NCBI RefSeq assembly: GCF_006345805.1
Contig: NW_021824854.1
Coordinates: 1-17,648 of the forward strand
Origin: Octopus sinensis
Taxonomy: Eukaryota
Direction: 5' to 3'
DNA length: 17,648 nucleotides
Positions 9,768 through 17,648 of the stretch are shown here, piece after piece. Under the pieces are notes generated by a model. The model was not told where the DNA came from, did not search any database, and was given only the letters and a program-made list of their open reading frames with translations. Numbering within the stretch: position 1 is the first letter of the stretch; each line of letters begins with the position of its first letter. A program made the translations under genes and the position numbers.

Positions 9768-10750
9768 ATGTGGACGGTGCAAAGGAAAGTTTAATGCCTT
9801 CATTGATTTGTGAAATTTGAATCTGTGACGCAAGTTCGTCTTGAATCTTGTCGTGAATATCAGTTTGTGACAAACCTGTTGAAGATATAAGGGACGACTA
9901 CTGATGGGGCCCAGAGAAATCGGTGCGTACCTGCACTAAACAACTAGGCCTTCAGAAGACCACAGTTTACAAAGCCCCGAAGAAACATCTCCGATTTAGG
10001 GCTTACAAACTGAAGTTGTTAGGGGCAATCCGTTCAGCCGATAGACGCTAAAAGTTTGAGCTTTCTACTGAGATACTTGGTCTAATGGACAATGATAAGC
10101 GATTCCTACAAAACATTGTGTTTTGTGGTGAGACTACATTCCATGTGTGGACATGTTTCATCGTAATAACGCCAGGATATGATCTGAGGAGCCGCCACAT
10201 GCCGACATTGAGCACGCGCGTAACAACCCCAAAGTGAATGCCTGGTGTGCCCCAGGCGTACCCTCACACATGATAGGGTTATAGGGACGTTTTTCTTTAC
10301 GGAGCCGACTGCGACATCAAATAACGATCGTGACATATCGGAATGTAGGCGATGGTGTCATCTTTTAACACGATGGGATTCTTCCACAATACAACAGAAT
10401 TCTCCATAACTATCTGGATATGACATTTTCATAATGATGGATAAGAACGGGTGGATAGAAGGACCTCACATCTCTAGATTTTTACTTAACGTGTGTACAG
10501 TGTTCCTGTTACCTGTATTGAACACCTGAAGAAGAGAATCAATGCCGCTGTTCATTATGTTACACGCAATGTTCGTCGTATCGATTAGACGTGTCCGGGC
10601 CTCAAATGGAAGCTACATCGAACTGCCTCGAGCTGTATGTAAACTTTATTAGTTGGTCTCTTATTCAACATGGATATGAAACGAGTCTTGTTGCAAGTTA
10701 CATCAATAAATAGTTATGAAATCCTACCGCGACTTTACGGACAGAATATA
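9768..10750 (+). mobile_element. Decayed Tc1/mariner-superfamily DNA transposon (transposase pseudogene)
   Basis: Across frameshifts: MWTVQRKV*CLH*FVKFESVTQVR (N-terminal HTH-like), PEKSVRTCTKQLGLQKTTVYKAPKKHLRFRAYKLKLL, IVFCGETTFHV (cf. FSDEATFH), PKVNAWCA, VIGTFFF, IF*HDG (cf. FQQDG), WIRTGG, DLTSLDF (cf. SPDLTPLDF), YRLDV. A putative right end ACTTTACGGACA...TATA lies at ~10732-10750. Confidence 0.88.
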
Positions 10751-10820
10751 TCTGTATATATATATATATATATATTCACTACACCACATGACTTTACACA
10801 TCACATCACATATGATGTGC

Positions 10821-11150
10821 CATACTAATACACACACCAACTAATACATACTAATACGTACTAATACATACTAGTACATACTAATACATACACCAACCCT
10901 ATACATACACACGTCCAGACCCCGCATACGCACTTATACTCTCTCATACACACACACACATACTTATACACACCAATACGTACTAATACATACTAATACA
11001 TACTAATACATACACCAACCCCATACATACGCACGTCCAGACCAATCCTACGCACTAATACTCTCTCATACACACACACACACACCCTTATACATACTAA
11101 TACATACACCAACCCTATACATACACACATACACCCCTCCTACGCACTAT
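10821..11150. repeat. Minisatellite: ~2.5 copies of a ~120-bp unit with internal CATACTAATA 10-mers
   Basis: ACACCAACCC at ~10890, ~11012 and ~11106; CACGTCCAGAC at 10910 and 11032 (period 122). Confidence 0.85.
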
Positions 11151-11199
11151 TAGCTGGTCCCTCAACCCTTTTATCAACCCTATTATCTCCCCTTATTTC

Positions 11200-11434
11200 G
11201 CTCTCGCGTCTCATGTTTGATCAGATCGCCATGTTGATTCGTTAGCTACTGCACGCATTTTTTTTCTCTCCTTCTTTCTGTGTTTTTCTCTCTCTGTGTA
11301 TCTTTCTGTTGAAGAGCGTAGGCTCGAAACGTTAAAGACTTGTTTTATTTATATTTCCTGAGCGCCATACTAATACAATTGTTCGTTGTTTTCCACTGCC
11401 TTCGTCTTTTGTTTATTTTCATAAAGCTTCCCGT
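11200..11434 (+). mobile_element. Penelope-like terminal-repeat fragment with a hammerhead-like motif
   Basis: GAAGAGCGTAGGCTCGAAACGT motif and downstream TTCGTCTTTTGTTT are shared with the inverted copy at 11563-11757; it ends in (TA)n. PLE assignment rests on the known association of minimal hammerheads with PLE termini. Confidence 0.6.
11301..11338 (+). ncRNA. Minimal type-I hammerhead-like motif with a non-canonical core
   Basis: Stem I TCTTT/AAAGA, core CTGTTGAA, stem II GAGC-GTAG-GCTC, GAAA, palindromic ACGT stem III, GTT site. Confidence 0.45.
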
Positions 11435-11526
11435 TATATATATATATATATATCATATACATACAGATACCTACACACATACATATATATAGATATATGT
11501 ATATATATATATATAATATATATATA

Positions 11527-11558
<32 letters not shown>

Positions 11559-11562
11559 CACA

Positions 11563-11757
11563 CAGTTCAAATTTACAGAAAACAAAAGACGAAAACAGGT
11601 GAAGGAACAACAAGCTAACCGTAACCCTAACACTCGTGAAGAATGGAAAAGTCTCTGACGTTTCGAGTCTACGCTCTTCGACAAAGGATTGAGAGGGAAA
11701 AAAATAAATAGAAAGCGAAAAAAACCGAGAGAGAAAAAACGTGTAGGGATTAAAGTT
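11563..11757 (-). mobile_element. Second, diverged Penelope-like terminal fragment, inverted relative to the first
   Basis: Minus strand TTGTCGAAGAGCGTAGACTCGAAACGTCAGAGAC (11684-11651) and TTCGTCTTTTGTTT (11593-11580), ending in the same (TA)n tract. Confidence 0.6.
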
Positions 11758-11788
11758 TCATATATATATATATATAAATAATAATAAT

Positions 11789-11861
<73 letters not shown>

Positions 11862-12360
11862 GGGAATATGGTTCCAAACTTATAGGGAAAAATTCAATTT
11901 AGTAATACTAAATCAAATTTCACCATATATAATATATGTATATAGATTAGAGAAGAACCACCATGTAGCAATTCAACAATGATCCAATTAAATCATACCA
12001 TGTAGAAAAAAATTAAATATACGATAAAACATTTACCTCGAACTAAATAATGTACAAAATAATAAATAGATAGTATATAATTAGTAAACAAACTACACGT
12101 GTTTCGTGGCTATATTTTCACATTGATAACAGTAAAATTAATTCAATTTAAAGTTACACATCAGGTTCAAGATAAAAACAATAAAATAATTAAATAAATA
12201 TACGTATATTATCTTATAAGAAAATATAAATATATATAAAAATACGTAATTCTTCAATAAAAAATCGAGCAAACTTCAATAATATATCTTGAAATAAAAA
12301 CACGAAATATCTTAACAATTATATTCTGTTAACTAAGTATTTAAACTTAATACATAGGAC
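11862..12360 (-). mobile_element. AT-rich putative Penelope-like remnant carrying a hammerhead-like motif
   Basis: Abuts (AAT)n at 11778-11861 and contains the motif at 12089-12169; no coding motif found. Element boundaries are uncertain. Confidence 0.35.
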
Positions 12361-12376
12361 TTATTGTTTATAATAA

Positions 12377-12787
12377 ACAAGCAGTATCGCCCGGCGTTGC
12401 TCGGGTTTGCTTTGACCCTTTGGAATTGGAATCGGGCGTGTGTATGTGTCTATGCAACCGAAGAGTTTAAAGTTCCAGTGATGATAAGGCTGTTGACTGG
12501 GAGAACACAAACATGGTTTAAACAGTAAGCTTGGCAGGAAATAAACGTGCCCTTAAGCAGTACAAAAACATAAAAAAATGGAAGGTGTAGTTATGTACAG
12601 GTTGAGGGAAGAAAAGCAGGACAAAAACGTCTTTATCGATTGCATTCCCACCTGGAATCGATTTTTGTAATTTTTTCAAGACTTATACACACCCTGATAC
12701 TGTTGGTATCTACATATTAAATTTGAGCGCAATCGGATGGAGGATGCCCGAGATCCCAGAAGACACACAGACAGAACGGATTTTATA
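12377..12787 (+). mobile_element. Non-autonomous Helentron/HINE (DINE-1-like) element
   Basis: 5' end AAGCAGTATCGCCCGGCGTTGCTCGGG with a CCCG/CGGG hairpin; 3' end AAATTTGAGCGCAATCGG..CCGAGATC..ACACAGACAGA..TTTTATAT running into (TA)n. This is the typical layout of such elements, recognised from memory. Confidence 0.6.
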
Positions 12788-12788
12788 T

Positions 12789-12790
<2 letters not shown>

Positions 12791-12834
<44 letters not shown>

Positions 12835-12916
12835 TATATATATATGCATGTACACATTTATATGCACATATACATACCCTTATAACTTTTTCTCTTTCTT
12901 TGTCTCTCTATCCCTT

Positions 12917-12972
<56 letters not shown>
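12791..12972. repeat. (TA)n/(CA)n/(TC)n/(TG)n microsatellites
   Basis: Direct reading. Confidence 0.9.
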
Positions 12973-12975
<3 letters not shown>

Positions 12976-13371
12976 ATGCGCAAACACACGTATACGGCTT
13001 GAAGCGCGCGCACGATCGTGTCTTTGCATAGCTTTCCATTAATTTTCGCCACATTTAATCAAACAAAAACATCGACTTTGTGCAATCATTAAGACTTAAT
13101 AATAATTAAGAGAAATGAAAAAAATCTTACACACAATTTACTTCGTCCAAACCAACACAAATATGAATGGAATTGAAATTACTTGAGAAAATTCTGCGCA
13201 GCGCTTGATTCTAATGTCTTATCTTAATGGTCTGAGAGTTTGGCGGATTGTTGACAGTTGTGGGAGGAAATGGTAATAATTCCTCCAGTCGTTTCTATTG
13301 GAATCGAAACACCGATTACCATTTTATTGATCTCTAAATCTGCTCTTTTTTTAACGACCAGTACCGTCGCC

Positions 13372-13920
13372 TCCACCACCACCACCACCACCACCACCAT
13401 AACAGCACCAGCACCAGCACCACCACCACCAGCCTGCAGCACCAGCACCACCACCACCAGCTGCAGCAGCCAGCAGCACCACACCACACCACCACCACAC
13501 CACCACCCCACCCAACACCATAACAGCACCAGCACCAGCACCACCACCACCAGCTGCAGCAGCAGCAACCACCACCACCACCACCACCACCACCACCATA
13601 ACAGCACCAGCACCAGCACACCACCACCAGCTGCAGCACCAGCACCACCACCACAGCTGCAGCAGCAGCACCACCACCACCACCACCACCACCACCACCA
13701 CACCACCACCACCATAACAGCACCAGCACCACACCACCACCACCAGCTGCAGCAGCAGCACCACCACCACCACCACCACCACCACCACCATAACAGCACC
13801 AGCACCAGCACCACCACCACCAGCTGCAGCACCAGCACCACCACCACCAGCTGCAGCAGCAGCACCACCACCACCAGCACCACCGTCACCGCCGCCGCCA
13901 TCACCGCCACCGCCACCACC
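13372..13920. repeat. CAC/CAG-derived complex tandem repeat with higher-order periodicity
   Basis: CCATAACAGCACC at 13397, 13518, 13596, 13712 and 13788; CAGCTGCAGCA recurs between them. Confidence 0.9.
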
Positions 13921-13954
13921 TGAAATAGCAATACTCTAACTATCGCTAGCACCA

Positions 13955-13977
13955 CCATCGTCATCACCACCATCACT

Positions 13978-14012
<35 letters not shown>

Positions 14013-14093
14013 TGCCACCACCACCACCACCATCATCATATCATCATCATCATCATCATCATCACCATCACCATCATCATCATCATCATCACC

Positions 14094-14128
<35 letters not shown>

Positions 14129-14238
14129 TACCTCGACCACCACCACCTCCACAAAAAATGTATATGCATAAAAACGTATATAAATGCATATACATATATA
14201 TATATATATACATGTATGTGTATTTGTGAGAGAGCATA

Positions 14239-14276
<38 letters not shown>

Positions 14277-14530
14277 TGAGTATGCAAATAAAAACAAACG
14301 CGCACACACAAACATACAATTCACTCATATAAACATTAAACCCACGTGCACGAACGCAGAAACGACTGCACGTGTGTCTACAAAGAGAGAAAGAGAGACA
14401 CACACACAGTGACAGTGAAATAGACTGACAAAGTGATAGAGATAGACAGAAAGAGAGAGAGAGAGGGGGAGGGGAGTGAGATAGATAGATAGAGAGAGAA
14501 AGAGCGAAGGAGAGAGAGAGTTAGAGAGAG
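13955..14530. repeat. (CAT)n, (TA)n/(TG)n and (GA)n microsatellites
   Basis: Direct reading. Confidence 0.9.
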
Positions 14531-14596
14531 AATATGAAATTCTAGCCAAGTGCGTATCTTACTCAATAAAAAATAAATAGTCCGACTAGAGAAAGG

Positions 14597-15180
14597 AAAG
14601 TGTGGGACCCGCACCGTAACCAGCCGCTGCCACCTCTACATGGGATAAATCATCTCTCAGGACCTGATATCGAATTCCAGATTGGGGACATCAGGGAGAG
14701 AGAGGTGAATGACTTCGTAAGAAAAGCTAGAGCAAAGAGTGCCCCAGGAGGTGATGGCGTCTCATATAAAGTAATGTGAAGACGCAGGCTGGAAAGCGGA
14801 ACATTTTCCTATCGAAGTCGGATGTAGAGGGTTTGTTGGACACAGCGTGAGACGACTGTTGTTATCGCTAAGCCTAACTCATCGTAAAGTCAATACCACC
14901 ATGACTGATATCCAATCTACAGTGGAGAAGGCACTGGATTTGGTTAAAAAGAGACGATGAGCGATGGCTAGAAGGATACTGAGCTTTATTTGATAACCAG
15001 CGGGGCCTCATATCAGTGAGGGGGGCCGGTGCACATTGATGCTGTCGAAAGGTAGGCCCCGAAACGGCGCGCATTCTCTCCTGATGACCCCATACACTTG
15101 CTAGCTTCCGGTATACGGAGCTTTTAACTGGTAGCACTTGTATGTGCAAGTTGTTTGCAAGACATCTTGTTAAATAAATC
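14597..15180 (+). mobile_element. Internally deleted HERO-like (RLE-type) non-LTR retrotransposon
   Basis: 14597-14773 reads KVWDPHRNQPLPPLHG...EREVNDFVRKARAKSAPGGDGVSYKV (pre-RT 'region 0' SAPG.DG motif). It is joined directly to 14775-14982 CEDAGWKAEHFPIEVGCRGFVGHSVRRLL...VEKA/HWIWLKRDDERWLEGY* (C-terminus), then a 3' UTR. HERO clade is from recall of the EVGCRGF and W.W.KR motifs. Confidence 0.82.
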
Positions 15181-15349
15181 ATTTTTGATTTCTGCCTGTT
15201 CAATCATCCACCACCAAAACCACCATACCAGCACCCCACCTCCCTCCACCATACCAGTACCAGCACCAGCACCACCACCGCCGCCACCACCACCATCACC
15301 ACCACCACCACCACCACCACCATCGTTAACGTCAGCACCATTATTAGTA

Positions 15350-15462
15350 ATAGTCCTTCCTACAAAAGGCACAAGGCCTGAAATTTGTGGGGGAGGGGCT
15401 AGTGGATTACATCGACCCCAGTGCATAACTGGTACTTAATTTATCGACCCCGAAAGGATGAA
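15350..15462 (-). mobile_element. 3' half of a tRNA-derived SINE, tail type B, 5'-truncated
   Basis: GATTACATCGACCCCAGTGCATAACTGGTACTTAATTTATCGACCCCGAAAGGATGAA is nearly identical to the core of the 6567-6816 copy; the tail matches 3991-4082. Confidence 0.9.
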
Positions 15463-15571
15463 TGGAAAGTTTTATTTCAAGATTTTTTGCCAATAAAGAA
15501 AGAACCGGTTTCTAACATAGATCCAACCTAGTTCCTTCATTGGAATTTCAACATCAACAACAGGATATTTT

Positions 15572-15765
15572 TGTATGTATGTATGTATGTATGTATGTAT
15601 GTATGTATGTATGTATGTATGTATGTATGTATGTGTGTGTGTATGTATGTATGTATGTATGTGTGTGTGTGTATGTATGTAATGTATGTACGTATGTATG
15701 TATGTATGTATGAATGTATGTATGTATGCATGTATGTATGTATGCATGTATATGTATGTATATAT
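15572..15765. repeat. (TATG)n microsatellite
   Basis: Direct reading. Confidence 0.96.
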
Positions 15766-16130
15766 GTCAATGTGTACGTTTGTGTACCTTTACCTTTTTT
15801 ACAGACTACTTGATAATTTTTTCCATTTAAACTGCAGATATGTCTCTGTGTGTGTGCGTGAGTGTGTTTGTGTGTGTGTATGTGTGCAAATGTCTGTCAT
15901 GTGTTGTGCGTCCATTGATTACGTAACTCATAACTCCTTTATCACCCTTACCCCTTCCAATGTCTGTCAATTACAATGCTCTGGCAACTTCAGCCTCTGT
16001 GTTGACACACACTCTCTCTCTCTCTCTCTTTTACTCTCCCCCGTTTCTCCTTACTACGTAAAGCATGACTAGAGAATTCACCCACCAACCAACCAACCAA
16101 CCAACCAAGCAACTAGCTTTTATATCGGCC

Positions 16131-16412
16131 ACTCTTTTACTTGTTTCAGTCATTTGACTGTGGCCATGCTGGAGCACTGCATTTTAGTCGAGCAAATCAA
16201 CCCCAGGACAAACATAAACTCACACATACATATAAATATACATATATACGGCGGGCTTCTTTCAGTTTCTGTCTACCAAATCCACTCACAAGGCTTTGGT
16301 TGGCCCGAGGCTAAAGTAGAAGACACTTGCCCAAGGTGCCACGCAGTGGGACTGAACCCGGAACCATGTGGTTCGGAAGCAAGCTACTTACCACACAGTC
16401 ACTCCTACGCCT
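16131..16412 (-). mobile_element. CORE-type tRNA SINE (OR2-like), internally shortened
   Basis: Minus strand AGGCGTAGGAGTGACTGTGTGGTAAG (A-box-like), GGTTCAGTCCC (B-box-like), GGCACCTTGGGCAAGTGTCTT (resembles the MIR/CORE GACCTTGGGCAAGT), and 3' end CAAATGACTGAAACAAGTAAAAGAG. Confidence 0.88.
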
Positions 16413-16513
16413 ATACTATACTATACTATACTATACTATACTATACAAATACATACATACATACATACATACATACATACATACATACAAACATATATAT
16501 ATATATACATAAA

Positions 16514-17009
16514 GAATATGTGGGGTTTAGTACACTTGTGAGCTAAACGAATAGGTACGCTGAGTAAGTGCTATATTTGGTCGACCATTAGGGTCCAAGT
16601 TCAGAGCTGAGGTTGGATCTAGGGATCCGTGTTAGGGTTCCGTTATTGCATGTATACATTATATTAGAGGAAAAATCAAAACCAGGCAGAACGAGTATCT
16701 CATGTCATTTAGAATAATTTAATTAGGGTAAGGTGAATTTGGAGTCTTACAGCCGTTTCTAGGATAACCCGAGTGGTTGGTTAGCATGACTGTGCATTGG
16801 GTATTCTGTCATTAGAGACAAGGTTATGAATATTTTAGATGGGGATAATTTGCAGTTTAGAAGGAATAAAATTCACAGTTTATAAGAAATAGAACAAAAG
16901 AATAAAGAGAAAGAGTAGTTAGAAGAATGTTGGTAGGATAATAATGTTACTATAGCACTTACCCAGCATACCTATTCGTTTGGATCACAAGAGCTAAACT
17001 CCTCATATT

Positions 17010-17010
<1 letters not shown>
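16514..17010. mobile_element. MITE / non-autonomous TIR element in (TA)n context
   Basis: Imperfect TIRs at 16514-16575 and 16951-17010, with about 7 mismatches and a 2-nt indel by manual alignment; no ORF; TA-rich microsatellite on both flanks. Confidence 0.85.
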
Positions 17011-17043
<33 letters not shown>

Positions 17044-17192
17044 CTTGATTTTACTTGGCTAATCTTGAAACGTTGACGTACTCAAACGATCTATGTACTT
17101 GTGATATTTTTCTGTATTTACCTCCAAACCTTCGTGAGCTGTCTGGAGTAAACATTATCTGAGAGAAATTTTCTTTAAGTAGTAGAAACGGC

Positions 17193-17225
<33 letters not shown>

Positions 17226-17386
17226 GGGGGCTGCTATTTCTACTAAGTTCAGTATGTGGCAAAGTAATTTATTTTACTAAGCCCTAATTATATAATGTAA
17301 TATTTTGAATTCGCCTTAAATGGTCCTTTTACATACTGAACACTTAGTGAAATTGATTAATTAATTTTAATTACCCTCAATTGTTG

Positions 17387-17418
<32 letters not shown>

Positions 17419-17595
17419 AGTTGTAATATATATATAACGTTTATTTATTATTTTGCACTTTACTTAATCATTCTTATATATTTTATCTTATATTTAATCT
17501 TTCTATAAGATGTAATTTTTCTAAATGGTATAATTTAATTTTTCATTATTGAATTGATAAAAGGTGGGTTTTTTTCCTAATTTATATATATATTA

Positions 17596-17629
<34 letters not shown>

Positions 17630-17648
17630 TAAAAATGTTTTTTTAATG

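Noticed and set aside
9307-9813. 168-aa ORF with acceptor-like TCTTCAG and TTTGCAG
   Set aside because: It runs into (GT)/(CT)/(CA) repeats, with no homology cue and no donor partner.
13003-13115. CACGATCGTG palindrome and homeodomain-like TAAT cluster
   Set aside because: Expected by chance in AT-rich sequence of this length.
13224-13360. Minus-strand peptide KRADLEINKMVIGVSIP resembling the RLE PD...DVSIP motif
   Set aside because: Spacing is wrong and flanking RLE motifs are absent; the similarity is too short.
15780-15838. Acceptor-like TTTTTACAG and CTGCAG
   Set aside because: No coherent downstream exon or donor.
2006-16412. tRNA-like A/B boxes as tRNA genes; regular repeats as CRISPR arrays
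   Set aside because: The boxes belong to SINE heads without a cloverleaf, and no repeat-spacer structure exists.
1-16546. Most ORFs in the six-frame track (poly-L/I/N/H/S/V/M, MYVC, HT, YI, LSIY repeats)
   Set aside because: They are translations of microsatellites that lack stop codons, with no domain content.
17180-17245. A28 run flanked by a 9-bp inverted repeat (TAGTAGAAA/TTTCTACTA)
   Set aside because: No identifiable retrocopy, polyadenylation signal or TSD, and the inverted repeat is too short to interpret.

Overview
Gene-poor, AT-rich eukaryotic DNA made almost entirely of microsatellites and decayed transposable elements. The tRNA-derived SINE families and repeat landscape look like those of an octopus (coleoid cephalopod) genome; this attribution is from recognition, not a database search. 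No intact protein-coding gene is supported: the supplied ORFs are mostly microsatellite read-through, and the few with real homology are retrotransposon or transposase fossils. Recognisable content: four 3' fragments of RLE-endonuclease (R4/Dong-like) non-LTR retrotransposons abutting (TAA)n tracts, an internally deleted HERO-like non-LTR element, a decayed Tc1/mariner transposase, six copies of one tRNA-SINE superfamily with three different tails, two CORE-type SINEs, a Helentron/HINE-like element, a ~500-bp MITE with ~60-bp TIRs in (TA)n, and Penelope-like terminal fragments. The most interesting observations are three hammerhead-ribozyme-like motifs within ~900 bp (two sharing a non-canonical core), opposite strand polarity of SINEs and LINEs on the (TAA)n tracts, and two short unique islands with regulatory-looking architecture (twin YY1 motifs; twin E-box-centred dyads).
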